This document shows, one piece after another, positions 8,768-18,803 of a DNA stretch of 64,000 nucleotides (position 1 is the first letter of the stretch; every line of letters starts with the position of its first letter). A model generated the notes under the pieces. It saw only the letters and a program-made list of their open reading frames with translations. It was not told where the DNA came from and made no database searches. The DNA comes from a virus. The DNA is taken from the IMG/VR virus record IMGVR_UViG_3300024261_000009, positions 32,001-96,000 of that record; one strand, written 5' to 3'. The translations under genes and the position numbers were made by a program.

Positions 8768-11700
8768 CTAAAAGTCTTCCGTTTCCCCGTAAGACACTCC
8801 CACTAAGACATCGTAGGGCATGGGAACTATTATGTCCGGAAACTCTTTTTCTATATGCTGTGTTATGGACCTTTCCAGGAAGGAGCTTAAGTTGTCTAGC
8901 TCGCTCTCAGGGAACTCTGCGCAAATAGAGTCGTGAACAGTTAGCAGAAGCCTCCCTCTAATCTCGGGTAGCATTGTTGATATGTTCTTTAAACAGGACA
9001 TAACTATGTCGCTACAGTAGGACTGAACCAGGAAGTTAACTCCCTGTCTCTGGTTCTTGTTCCTAATTGATCGGTCCATATTTACCATGGGGAATCTTCT
9101 AACCCTGCCGTAGGGAGTAGACACCCTTTTATTAAGCATAATTTCCTTATGAGTCTCGTTTATGTACTCTCTTATTTTCGGAAACCTAGTCATTAGTTTG
9201 TCTATTATTTCTTGGGCCCACTGCTCCTCGAAGCCCATCCTGTCATGTAGTCCTTGAGCAGTGATCCCGTACAATGTGCCAAACACCACCTGCTTGGTCT
9301 CCTTGCGAAGTTTTACGAAGTTAGAGCCCGCTACCTTTCTTCCCTCGTTAACCTCCTCGTAAGAGTATCCGTGGATCTCTGCGGTCATCCAGGAGTGAAC
9401 ATCCAACCCGTCCCTAAGAGCACGTATCAAGCCTTCGTCTGGTGCGAATCTTGTCAAGACGCGCACCTCCGCGCCTGCAAAGTCGAAGTCTACCCAGATG
9501 AGCCTATCTTCCCTAGTCCAACCGTACTTACTGGCCAGACCTACGTTGTAAGCACTGCCCCACCAAGATTCCTTGTGGACGGGTGCGGGAATGAACAGCT
9601 TCTTTATACTCCTCTTTCCTTTTCTACTAGCCACGCTTGGAGGAGTGTTCTGTAGGTTGGGCGAAGAACTAGAGCTTCTCCCTGTCGCTGTTCCGTTTAA
9701 GTGTATAGACCCGTGTATCCTACCGTCTTCCGCGGACAGAGTTTTTAGTCGGTCAACGTATGTTGATTTAGCCTTGGAGACCTTCCGCAGCTCTACTATT
9801 TTTCCGGCTATCTCATAACCCTCTTCGGAGTATTCCTTAAGGACGTCCGCGGTCATCGAAGCCTGGCCCGTAGCGGTTTCCTTTTTTCGTGGCAAACCAT
9901 AGCCCCCGATAAGTACGTCCCCTAGAAACCGAGGGTTGTTTATAACCATGTCCTCCTTGGGTATCCCTAAGTCTTTATTTATCTGAGTCTTTATCTCTTC
10001 TTCGAGAACCAGGGACTCTTCCTGGAGATCCTCTGCTAGGGAAGTGGCGTACTCCTGGTCGAGATAAACTCCTTCAGACTGCATATCCGCAAGGACTTCT
10101 GTTAGGGGTAGGTAGTGCCTGTCCATAAGAGATATGAGATTATGTCTCCCAGTAATCTCCCTCCGCGTAGGATCTTCCTTATAAGCTCTTACCCTCTGCA
10201 TAACGGAGATGGACCTAGTTATGTCCGCATCTATCGCGGCGTACAGGCTTAGTAAATCTACATCCAAGTCCTCGTAGGTGGTCTGCTCTCCTTCTAAGGC
10301 CTGAGAAGATTTAACCTCCATTTTAGCCTCCTTCTCGTAGACCTTGGCCTCCTTCTTCAGGTGCCTAAGCCTCTTCCTGTAAGATTTTAACCATTGGTCG
10401 ATACCATTACGAAGCTCTCGTAGGTTGCTTAAGTTTACCTTTTGTTCCGGGGTTTTATTCTTCTCCTTAGTCAACTCTGATACTGACTTTTTAACCCGGT
10501 CCAGTTCTACCTTTCCGAGGCGAGCGACCTCTCCTTCTGAGGATCCCCTAGGGTATGAGAAAGAGGGCTCCCCTAGTTCGGAAGAGCTAGCTATAAATAC
10601 GGGGTCAACACTACTGGACAGATCCCCGAGTATCTTCTCGTTAGCCAGGGCGTTAAACCCCTCTTTTATGGACTCCTCGTACCCCGCGTACTCAGGTAGG
10701 TAGTTGGTAACTACGCTTTTAAGACTGTAAAAACCCTTACTATCTTCATTTATCATGTGCTCGCCCAGGAGCCCGTCCCACCGAGTATTATTGACACCGC
10801 TTTTTAGCAGTATGGTCTCGTAAGAGACTCCCACCACTCTCTCCAAATTATCCCGATACTGGTCGCTCGTACAAAGATCCCTGAGTTTCGGCATTAGAGC
10901 GTATTTAAACATCTGGTAGTCGTACTTCCAATTCCACCACCCTTTGGGGTGCCTGGACATCGTCATCTTTAGGACGTGCGGAAGAGCTTTTCGCCAGTCG
11001 TATTCTGCTTCTCGGTGGTTTAGCAGTATGGCGCACGCTTTCTTCTCCGCTACGCTGGCGGACACCATTATAATCTTGGCTTCCTGACTCCAAGGTTTCA
11101 GAGTGTTGGTTTCCGTGTCTAAAGCCATTAGAGTATTCCCTATACTCTTTCCGGGGAGAGAGTATGAAGAGTACGCGTCACAGACCGATTCCACTTCTTC
11201 TAGCGTTTTCGGGAGGTCATACCTCTCCCGGAGATGTTCTGGGTCCACAGACTCTAGATTGTCTTTGGCCGCCGCCTCCATAAATGCGGTTCTCATATCA
11301 GACTTAAACATCTCGTAGAGCCCCGCGCTGTCCTTAACCAGCTGTATGGGGGATATAGTCGGGATAACCGTGAAGGAACTCCCGCCAATACTAGCGGACA
11401 TAGCTTGACCCCTTATCTTACGGACACTGCCCGCTATGCCCAATGACTTTATGGGCGCGGATCCCATAGCAAATATAATCTTTGGAGATGCCTTTAAGAT
11501 GCTTCCGTGGGTCATACTTCTAGCGCAGTGAGATATTATCTCCTTATCTAAGGCTCCTGCAGAGCAGTGGACCGCGTACATTAGACGCTTGCCCTTGCTC
11601 ACTGCCTGGATAGGTCCCATCCGGTTAGTATACCGGGGGTCTCTTTTTTCTTCAGAAACTAGATCCTCAATGGCCCCTCGAACGATCCTTCCGGACCGGT

Positions 11701-11839
11701 CGGTAAAGAATCCTCCCCACCCCGGAGGAGAACCTCCCAGGATTAATATTGAGCAAGGGGAAGCCCCTTGACTTAGTTCCATGTTTTCTGATCCATACTC
11801 CCTACATCCAATGCAGGAGCTTGGTTTTATAACTCTCAT
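8768..11839 (-). CDS. polA: Family A DNA polymerase with N-terminal UDG-family-4-like domain and 3'-5' exonuclease
   Basis: ExoI LDTET, ExoII NWKYD, ExoIII YAAIDAD; motif A DFAGAEVR, motif B RKETKQVVFGTLYG, motif C TVHDS; N-terminal CIGC...VHC...SHC and KIIFAMG resemble UDG4. Confidence 0.93.
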   Translation of the reverse strand: MRVIKPSSCIGCREYGSENMELSQGASPCSILILGGSPPGWGGFFTDRSGRIVRGAIEDLVSEEKRDPRYTNRMGPIQAVSKGKRLMYAVHCSAGALDKEIISHCARSMTHGSILKASPKIIFAMGSAPIKSLGIAGSVRKIRGQAMSASIGGSSFTVIPTISPIQLVKDSAGLYEMFKSDMRTAFMEAAAKDNLESVDPEHLRERYDLPKTLEEVESVCDAYSSYSLPGKSIGNTLMALDTETNTLKPWSQEAKIIMVSASVAEKKACAILLNHREAEYDWRKALPHVLKMTMSRHPKGWWNWKYDYQMFKYALMPKLRDLCTSDQYRDNLERVVGVSYETILLKSGVNNTRWDGLLGEHMINEDSKGFYSLKSVVTNYLPEYAGYEESIKEGFNALANEKILGDLSSSVDPVFIASSSELGEPSFSYPRGSSEGEVARLGKVELDRVKKSVSELTKEKNKTPEQKVNLSNLRELRNGIDQWLKSYRKRLRHLKKEAKVYEKEAKMEVKSSQALEGEQTTYEDLDVDLLSLYAAIDADITRSISVMQRVRAYKEDPTRREITGRHNLISLMDRHYLPLTEVLADMQSEGVYLDQEYATSLAEDLQEESLVLEEEIKTQINKDLGIPKEDMVINNPRFLGDVLIGGYGLPRKKETATGQASMTADVLKEYSEEGYEIAGKIVELRKVSKAKSTYVDRLKTLSAEDGRIHGSIHLNGTATGRSSSSSPNLQNTPPSVASRKGKRSIKKLFIPAPVHKESWWGSAYNVGLASKYGWTREDRLIWVDFDFAGAEVRVLTRFAPDEGLIRALRDGLDVHSWMTAEIHGYSYEEVNEGRKVAGSNFVKLRKETKQVVFGTLYGITAQGLHDRMGFEEQWAQEIIDKLMTRFPKIREYINETHKEIMLNKRVSTPYGRVRRFPMVNMDRSIRNKNQRQGVNFLVQSYCSDIVMSCLKNISTMLPEIRGRLLLTVHDSICAEFPESELDNLSSFLERSITQHIEKEFPDIIVPMPYDVLVGVSYGETEDF

Positions 11840-14800
11840 CTAGATACTCCTGTGTCCCACTCCTCTAGCATTGGGCCGACGTCGTACACGGTGTAGTCTG
11901 AAGTGGCTACGCCTACCTTTAGGTACCTCTTTATACCTCCAGGAACGCGCCTTACGATGTCTTCAGACACGACCATTTCCACGTCAGAGTCTGCCAGTTG
12001 TTTTAGTCTGTTGGGAGTCTCCCTTCTATAAGTGGAAACTCCCCTAAGAACTCCGTGGAGCGCGTCTGCCCAAATAACCACTAACCAGCGATTGTCCTTA
12101 GTACCGTCCTTAGAGTCAAACTCTACGTATCTGACACCACTCTCAGTTTCGTTTAGCAGACTCCTCTCTGTGGGGTCGCTTAGGATAGACCTTACAGTAG
12201 AGTGCCTTATCTCGGAGGTGGGTCTGCTGTACTCGATTGGCGCGCTTAATATGTGCTCGAAAAGAGCATGCTTTTGCGTCCCCTGTATGACCTTCTTTAG
12301 GTACTCGGACTTCGCAATAACAAAGTCTCGTATGAAAACGTGGGGGTTTCTACCGGACAGCCACACCATTGCAGCAGCGATTATAACTCCGTCTAAGAAC
12401 CTACTAGGGATCTCTACCCCCGAGCTTCTCCCGAGCATATTCATGGCTAGGGGGTTGCTATAGGTAACTCTGAGTTCATGTATGTTTTTCAGTAGGTCTG
12501 GGGTGTGTCTAAATACCCCCGTTGTTATCTTTCGTCTAAATTCCCGAAATAAATCCGATCCATATTTTTCTCTAAGCACGACCTTAGGGTTCGGATGGCC
12601 TTCCCTGAGAACCGTGTGGATCTGTATGAAACGGGACACATCAGCTTCATCTCTGAGGTACTGAATTGCAGCGCACCAGAGTTGGCATCTCAGAGTATAA
12701 GACGTAACTTCTTTATTCTCTATATTGCCTCGGACGATTCGAGCTTCGGGGTTTGAAGTTAAAGATCTAACATCCCTCAGTATACCTCTAACGTGAGCAC
12801 TTTGTGCGTTCGACCCCGTGTCCTCGAATTCATCTAAAACAGCACCTAAGGAGCAATTATTCATCTCCTTTCGAAAGCCTGCGGTTGTATAGTTGTCCAT
12901 ACCGAAGGCTGATTCTAACAACCGGTGGTCACCGTCTGCTCCCGTAAGAAGCCCAAGGAACGAGCTTTTTCCGGATCCTCGGGTGCCATTTATTATAGTA
13001 TATAACTGGCGGGGTAGAGCAGAGCAGACGGGGTTTAGCATTATTGCCGCCGCTAAGTACTGACAATCGACGTCCTGATGTTTAAAGCACCACCCTGTGG
13101 ATATTGCTTCTACAAGAAACTCAAAAAGCTTAGGTAAGTCTGATTCGTTTCCCCCTTGAAGGTCCACCACACTAGACAGTTCTTCAGACCAGGAAGGCCT
13201 AATAAGATTAAAATAGTGCTTACCAAGTTTGGGTCCGTCCAGCCTATTCCACCGCAGTGTTCTATCAGTTTGTGACGACTCAGTCCCAACGTAGACATCG
13301 CTGCCGTTTACGATGCACCACCTGTTCTTCGTGGACTCCGCATCTTTATAGGGTATGTAGTGGCAACCGGCTTTCAGTTCTTTCAGCTCACTTAGAGGAG
13401 ACATCTCCTTGATGATCTCTTCGACCGCGATTTTAACGTACTTTTCCTGAAGGGCTTGTTGTTCTAGTAGTGTTAGTTCCCGGATACCATTAGCGGTTAT
13501 CCGCTGCGTTAGGAACTGAGGAACCCCCACCTGCTCTCGAGCCCAGAAGGTAATATTACCTAAGTCACTGCTCAGAGCCGCCTGAAGTTCTGCCGCTCGA
13601 GATGCGTTCCAGCTCCGCATCTCTCTCTTAATTTTATGCCATGCCAGGATTCTACCAACGCCTCCGGCAGTGTCTGTTCCAATAAACATGTATATTGTTC
13701 TTAAGGCTGTAGTAAGCCTACGCACGTACCCCTCTTCAGACTCTTCCTGCCCTATTATAAGCGCACTTATCTCCCCCTTGGAGATATCTGTAAGGATAGC
13801 AGCCTCTTCTACGTACTTGGCTTGCTCTGAAGGGTCCAGTAGGCAGGACCCTTCGTCTATTATGACTTCCCTAACAGCCCTAAGATCGTCTCTGTCCACA
13901 GACCCGAGTCGGTCGTGAAGCCTTTCCAGCACCCACTGATACGCGTACTGGTAGTTCCTTCTATGGCCCCCATCGGTTGCTCTCGCCATCGTGGCGTCTA
14001 ACCACTTAACGCCCCCGTACTTTACGATGGCCTCATCGGGATCCTTGGCACCGACACAGTCCGGCCACGTGAAAACGTGCATAGGTATTCGGTTGTTCCT
14101 AAGCAGGTTTTTTACAATAACGTCCCCGTTGTGCTCCGGTGAGTCCGCTGTCAGTAGACAGGTCTTTATGCCAAAATCTTTTAGTTTATCTAAGTTGGAT
14201 TCCGCAGCCCCCCCAGTAGCCAGGACTATATCGTACTGCATGCCCGCTTGGATTTGGTAGGCCATGTTCGCTATAGAGTCAAACTCGCCTTCCACAATTA
14301 TGGCACTAGAATTAACGGAACTATTAGTTCCTAGTTTAGCTATGTAGTGTTGGAGACCGAAAAACCCCAGGGCGTCATCGGTTTGATCGGACACTTTAAC
14401 AAAGTCTTTTCTCCCGTCGGGGCGTAAAAAATCCGCTCTAAGTTTAATAGCGGATATTTCCGTAGGGGTGCTGTGATACACAAAGGCTAAGGACCCTGTG
14501 TACTCCGCGGTGGTCCACTGTTTTAGATATTCCCGACACCTGTCTGATTCTAGTCCCAGAACCTCGTTCATTATCTTTATAGGAGGAACAACCCCGATAG
14601 GTAAGTGCCTCAGAATTTCGATGTCGTTTCGACAAGGAGCCGGACTTAACACGCCTCTCTTTCTCAGGTAATCTAAGCAAGGCTTAGCAAAATTAAAGGT
14701 GGGGTCCGCTTCCTCGTCCAAAGAAGCTTCAGCCGCCATTCTGAGACAAGTCTTAAGAGCATACTCTGTCGCCTCCCGGGTCTTCTGCATATCTTCGCGC

Positions 14801-15159
14801 TTTTGCAGTTCCTCCGTTACAGCGTTACTTATTGACTTTATTCGGTAGATTCTTTTTAGGTCTAAGGCTACGGAGGACCAATCCTTATTAGCTACCTTGG
14901 ATAGGAACTTTATGGGGTCCGCTTCGAACAACCCGGTAGAAAAACATTTTATAAACCCCTTAGTTGTTACTATATGGCAAGAGGGGGTGTTGTCCAACGT
15001 AGGTGAGTAGGGGCTGTGTCCTACTAGTGATTTACCCTTAACTTGCCACCCGGATCCTGGAGAATACCTTTCCAGAAGGGAGGCCCAATCGGACGTAGAT
15101 AGGGATCTCCACACGTCCTTGTATTTATACCCTCTTCTAGGGCTTCTTTTTTCCGCCAC
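11836..15159 (-). CDS. Primase-helicase fusion (TOPRIM primase + SF3-like P-loop ATPase)
   Basis: Degenerate Zn-binding N-terminus (TPSCH...FIKCFS), TOPRIM IVEGEFD/ATGG/ADS/KDPDE, C-terminal GTRGSGKS and AVLDEFE. Confidence 0.8.
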   Translation of the reverse strand: MAEKRSPRRGYKYKDVWRSLSTSDWASLLERYSPGSGWQVKGKSLVGHSPYSPTLDNTPSCHIVTTKGFIKCFSTGLFEADPIKFLSKVANKDWSSVALDLKRIYRIKSISNAVTEELQKREDMQKTREATEYALKTCLRMAAEASLDEEADPTFNFAKPCLDYLRKRGVLSPAPCRNDIEILRHLPIGVVPPIKIMNEVLGLESDRCREYLKQWTTAEYTGSLAFVYHSTPTEISAIKLRADFLRPDGRKDFVKVSDQTDDALGFFGLQHYIAKLGTNSSVNSSAIIVEGEFDSIANMAYQIQAGMQYDIVLATGGAAESNLDKLKDFGIKTCLLTADSPEHNGDVIVKNLLRNNRIPMHVFTWPDCVGAKDPDEAIVKYGGVKWLDATMARATDGGHRRNYQYAYQWVLERLHDRLGSVDRDDLRAVREVIIDEGSCLLDPSEQAKYVEEAAILTDISKGEISALIIGQEESEEGYVRRLTTALRTIYMFIGTDTAGGVGRILAWHKIKREMRSWNASRAAELQAALSSDLGNITFWAREQVGVPQFLTQRITANGIRELTLLEQQALQEKYVKIAVEEIIKEMSPLSELKELKAGCHYIPYKDAESTKNRWCIVNGSDVYVGTESSQTDRTLRWNRLDGPKLGKHYFNLIRPSWSEELSSVVDLQGGNESDLPKLFEFLVEAISTGWCFKHQDVDCQYLAAAIMLNPVCSALPRQLYTIINGTRGSGKSSFLGLLTGADGDHRLLESAFGMDNYTTAGFRKEMNNCSLGAVLDEFEDTGSNAQSAHVRGILRDVRSLTSNPEARIVRGNIENKEVTSYTLRCQLWCAAIQYLRDEADVSRFIQIHTVLREGHPNPKVVLREKYGSDLFREFRRKITTGVFRHTPDLLKNIHELRVTYSNPLAMNMLGRSSGVEIPSRFLDGVIIAAAMVWLSGRNPHVFIRDFVIAKSEYLKKVIQGTQKHALFEHILSAPIEYSRPTSEIRHSTVRSILSDPTERSLLNETESGVRYVEFDSKDGTKDNRWLVVIWADALHGVLRGVSTYRRETPNRLKQLADSDVEMVVSEDIVRRVPGGIKRYLKVGVATSDYTVYDVGPMLEEWDTGVSR

Positions 15160-15165
15160 GATTCG

Positions 15166-15984
15166 TCACTTCCTTGCTTGTCTAGCTTTTTCACGTCTTG
15201 CTTTTCTTTCTTCTAGGCACATAATCTTATATTGGCACCAGGAGCAATGCTTTCCTGGGAGTATCTCACCTGTCCCGGCTTCTGTCGCCGCTTTATTTAT
15301 AAACTCTACGGTGGGATGCTCTTCCCAGCCCCCGAAGGAGTTTCTCAGTATTTTATCTCCCCATAGAAGGTCTCCCGTAGAGGTAAAGTACAGGCCGGTT
15401 CTTACGGTATGAACAAAGTCCCAGGTGGTAAAGGCGAGGAGTGAATACGCGTCTAGTTGGTCCTTGGCGTACTTAAGGCTGGGGAATTTTCCTGTCTTAA
15501 GGTCTATTATTACGGCGACTCCGTCCTCAGTTATCAGCGCTCGGTCCATGACGCCTCTAAAGAAGACATCCTTACCGAAAAACCCTGTTGGAGTAAGCTC
15601 CGAGGTCATCCCGAGCCTTACTTCAACAAGGTCCTTCACGACTTTACTTGTTTTCTTGAAGGACTCTATTTTGTCGTTAAAAGCGTGGACGTTGTCCAGC
15701 ATCGATTTGAAATCGTCTTCCTCTTCGTGGACTAGTTGACCTTCCTCTAAGGCTATTATCTCCGCTATTGAAGCCTCCCTACCCCGGGCGGTTTCTTCAG
15801 CGTACTTATGAACCGAGGAACCAACGCGCAACTTAGCGTCATCCAACTCGAAGATTTTTTCTTTTGGGACCACAGTCTTATCTAAGTACTGGTTCTTGAA
15901 CTTCCAGGGGCACTGGATCCCGGTTTTTGCTTTTGAAAGGGACCACGGCGCAAAAGCGGTCGCTTCTGGTGTAAAGAAGGGCAT
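15166..15984 (-). CDS. PD-(D/E)xK nuclease, Cas4/RecB-like
   Basis: WSLSK...QCPWKF, RGVMDR...IIDLKTG, QLDAY, HCSWCQYKIMC. ATG at 15984 follows GGAG. Confidence 0.85.
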   Translation of the reverse strand: MPFFTPEATAFAPWSLSKAKTGIQCPWKFKNQYLDKTVVPKEKIFELDDAKLRVGSSVHKYAEETARGREASIAEIIALEEGQLVHEEEDDFKSMLDNVHAFNDKIESFKKTSKVVKDLVEVRLGMTSELTPTGFFGKDVFFRGVMDRALITEDGVAVIIDLKTGKFPSLKYAKDQLDAYSLLAFTTWDFVHTVRTGLYFTSTGDLLWGDKILRNSFGGWEEHPTVEFINKAATEAGTGEILPGKHCSWCQYKIMCLEERKARREKARQARK

Positions 15985-16261
15985 TATTATCTCCAATTTG
16001 TGGGGGAAAGTCTAGGTTGCCTCTGCGGAAGAATTTTGTCCAGACCTTCTTCCTATGCCGGACATTTTTTACCTTACGCGCCCTGAAGTTAGTAAGTTGT
16101 TGTAAGTGTCCCTATTACTATGTAGGTATATAACCACAGTGTAGTTTCTTGCGTTACCTGGTAGGTTACTGTAAGCAAATCTTGCCAGGGGAAAAAACTT
16201 CCTGTACGGGGGCAGCATCAAGTCTTTTGAAGATACCATCTTAGACACCTACTACAAGGCC

Positions 16262-17002
16262 TTGTCTACCGTAAAGGTTCTTGGAAGATCCGAAGAGATA
16301 TCCATGTTCCGTAGGTACAGGTCTTCTAGGGATCCTAAACTTAGGAGACTTCTTGTGGAGAGCTGCTTAAAGCTTGTCTTCTCCTTAGCCCGTAAGTACT
16401 GGCTAGACAGGGATCCTGAGTCTCTTCAGGCGTTAATATCCGCAGGAAACGTAGGGCTCATGGAGGCGGTTGACAAATTTGATCCTGACAGAGGAGCTAG
16501 GTTTGCTAGCTATGCTTCCTTCTGGATACTCATGCACGTTAGAACAGAGCTTACGACCCTGCACGACGTTGTTATTCCTTCTTCAAAGGCAAGAAAACTT
16601 CGCATGAGGGCGTCTTCAACAAGGAAAGAGATGGGGATAGAGGAAAGTCCTAGTCCTAGCTCAATGTACTCAAAGCTGGAAGATGTACCTGAGGCTCTGT
16701 CACGATCTACTTGTTCCGACCAAACCACAACTAGTAGTTACGTGCCCGGGCATTCTATACCCGGCGCAGACGTAACCAAGTTGTTTTCCCGTTGGTTTAG
16801 GTTCCTAACTGTCCGGGAACAGTTTGTACTCCGAGCCTACTACGGCCTTCTCGGAGAAGGAGAGGGTTTAAAGCTACGACAAATATCCTCACATTTAGGA
16901 CTCTCGAGTGAGCGGGTTAGGCAAATTAAGGCCTCTGCGCTAACTAAACTTCGCAGGTGGTTTTCCTACGATGGTGTGGATTGTCCTAGTGACGTCATTT
17001 AG
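16262..17002 (+). CDS. Sigma-70 family RNA polymerase sigma factor
   Basis: Region 2: LKLVFSLARKY...GNVGLMEAVDKFDPDRGARFASYASFWI. Region 4: LTVREQFVL...LGLSSERVRQIKASALTKLR. Confidence 0.92.
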   Translation: MSTVKVLGRSEEISMFRRYRSSRDPKLRRLLVESCLKLVFSLARKYWLDRDPESLQALISAGNVGLMEAVDKFDPDRGARFASYASFWILMHVRTELTTLHDVVIPSSKARKLRMRASSTRKEMGIEESPSPSSMYSKLEDVPEALSRSTCSDQTTTSSYVPGHSIPGADVTKLFSRWFRFLTVREQFVLRAYYGLLGEGEGLKLRQISSHLGLSSERVRQIKASALTKLRRWFSYDGVDCPSDVI

Positions 17003-17351
17003 TCTCGCACAGCTCCTTAACAAGGAGCCGTACTTGGTCTTCCGGCACCGGGTGATCCGGGTCAGAAACACATCGGACGGACACATCCGATGTAGAACTG
17101 ACAGTAAAAGACTCCCCGGGAACTAGGACCAGGTTTGCTTTAGCCGTAACCTCCAAGGGGCTCAGGCAGGTAGTACACACGGACGTGGCGTCAGCTATAT
17201 CAACCACCTCTGTAGCTTCCTGAATCAGTCGGGCAGTGGTTTTAAGTTTCTCCCACACTTCGTCAGGGTTGGTGCTCTCCAGTTCTTCCTCGGATTTGGC
17301 AGCAACAATCCCTACCCGTATTCTATGAACGGTTACCTGAAATAGTTTCAT
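16995..17351 (-). CDS. Hypothetical protein
   Basis: 118-aa ORF coupled within the minus-strand operon; contains CTTC. Confidence 0.55.
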   Translation of the reverse strand: MKLFQVTVHRIRVGIVAAKSEEELESTNPDEVWEKLKTTARLIQEATEVVDIADATSVCTTCLSPLEVTAKANLVLVPGESFTVSSTSDVSVRCVSDPDHPVPEDQVRLLVKELCETK

Positions 17352-17608
17352 AGTTGCTCCATCTGGCTAAGGAAGGTGCTCTCCAGTTCTTCCGTAGTAA
17401 TGAACCCCAAACCTACGTCCTTCGCATATTGTTTAAGCATTTCAAAATCCATTGGTTGGGGGAGGTTTTCTCCGATAAGAGCTCTAAGAAGCCACAGGTC
17501 CTCTTGTTCCAGCACTCGTTTGCGCATGTAAGCTAAGTACTCAGGGTCAATTTCCTGAAGGGCTTCCAAGAGCCGGGTTCCCGCCTCAAGTTCTTTTTCT
17601 CGAGTCAC
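17348..17608 (-). CDS. Hypothetical protein
   Basis: Probable GTG start at 17608 (GAGGA upstream, overlapping the parB stop); coupled to the next gene. Confidence 0.55.
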   Translation of the reverse strand: MTREKELEAGTRLLEALQEIDPEYLAYMRKRVLEQEDLWLLRALIGENLPQPMDFEMLKQYAKDVGLGFITTEELESTFLSQMEQL

Positions 17609-18489
17609 TAGTTCCTCTTCTCTGAAGAAAGTATATTCTTGTCTACTAGGGCCCACTGAAGTCCTTCTATGTAACCCTCCACCCTCGCTTTAACTTTTCC
17701 GTCAGTGATTAAGACCAGGTCCTTCTGGGAAGCTTCTATCTTAGATACCACCTCGGACACCGTTCTCATCCCAACGGATACGGCAGGTTTTTGCTTCCTA
17801 GGTTTTTTTCGCCGGGAAGTCGTAGCTCCCTCGGCTATAGCTTTATCTGCTAGCTCGGAGGCTCGGAGTTCTACCTGCCGAGAAGACAAGCCTTCCGTAA
17901 CAGCCTCCCGAACCAACTCTTCTCTAAGGGCCTTATCTGGAACAGAAATTATAGCTCTTGCGGAGCTGAAACTCAGCTCTTGCTCCACGAGCGCGTCCTT
18001 AACAAAGTCGTCCGCACTTAGAAGAGCCAGTCTCTGCTGTATAGCTTGTGCTCCAAGACCCATCTTGTCCTGGATATCCGGGGAATCCACCCCACCGTCT
18101 AGCAGTTTTTTAATATGTAAGGCCTGCTCATAGGCTGTCCAGGAGTTCTGAGAGGTATTTAGAGCCAACTGAGTTAACAGCCTTCTATCTCCATCGGAGT
18201 GTTCCGGCAGAACCTCAGCCCAAACGCTATGTAAATTGTGCCCCAAGTCGTCAACAGAAACCCCCTCTTCTAGAAGGCTCTCCAGCGCGGCTAAGCGTCT
18301 GTGCCCATCTTCTAAGGTATACTCTTTACCCTCAGGGTGATCAGCGACTTGCCGGACTCTAATTATGCCCTGAAGTCCAAAACTTTTTATTCTGAGAGCT
18401 AAGGTCTCTATGTCCCCGTAGTCCTTGCGGCTATTCTGGTGTGGATTCGTGTCGATAGATTCTATCTTTATTTCCGTTCGTGTAATCAT
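17608..18489 (-). CDS. parB: ParB/Spo0J-family protein
   Basis: NPHQNSRK box I, LEDGHRRLAAL box II (GxxR), central HTH, basic C-terminal linker. Confidence 0.85.
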   Translation of the reverse strand: MITRTEIKIESIDTNPHQNSRKDYGDIETLALRIKSFGLQGIIRVRQVADHPEGKEYTLEDGHRRLAALESLLEEGVSVDDLGHNLHSVWAEVLPEHSDGDRRLLTQLALNTSQNSWTAYEQALHIKKLLDGGVDSPDIQDKMGLGAQAIQQRLALLSADDFVKDALVEQELSFSSARAIISVPDKALREELVREAVTEGLSSRQVELRASELADKAIAEGATTSRRKKPRKQKPAVSVGMRTVSEVVSKIEASQKDLVLITDGKVKARVEGYIEGLQWALVDKNILSSEKRN

Positions 18490-18803
18490 GTTACCTTCTT
18501 TCTTGGAGTTTTAACTCTTGCGTCTTCAATAACGTTGTCGCAGTTAGTCTGGGTTTCTGTTCCCATTTCAGTTTCAGTTTCAGTTTCTATTCCAAGTTCA
18601 TCCTTCTCCGCGTCCTCAAGAGCTCGTTTTAATAAAGTACTCAGGGCGGGGGCAAGGAACAGGTTGGCCGCTCTTACAACAGGATTAGACTTAGCCAGTA
18701 AGCTGCCGCCTAGTTTAGCAGCAGCCACTATAATAAGGACTAAAGTCTCCCGAGGTATCTTCTTGAGGGTGAGGTATCTCTTCAAATCTTTTTCCCTCTG
18801 CAC
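18486..18803 (-). CDS. Hypothetical protein with (TE)n tract
   Basis: 105 aa, overlaps both neighbours, contains IETETETEMGTETQT. Confidence 0.5.
   Translation of the reverse strand: MQREKDLKRYLTLKKIPRETLVLIIVAAAKLGGSLLAKSNPVVRAANLFLAPALSTLLKRALEDAEKDELGIETETETEMGTETQTNCDNVIEDARVKTPRKKVT

Noticed and set aside
10260-10670. Intein in PolA
   Set aside because: No N-terminal C/S or C-terminal HN signature and no LAGLIDADG motif; ordinary coiled-coil composition.
14060-14080. parS-like CACGTGAAAAC
   Set aside because: Only a half match, not palindromic, single copy, and inside the primase gene.
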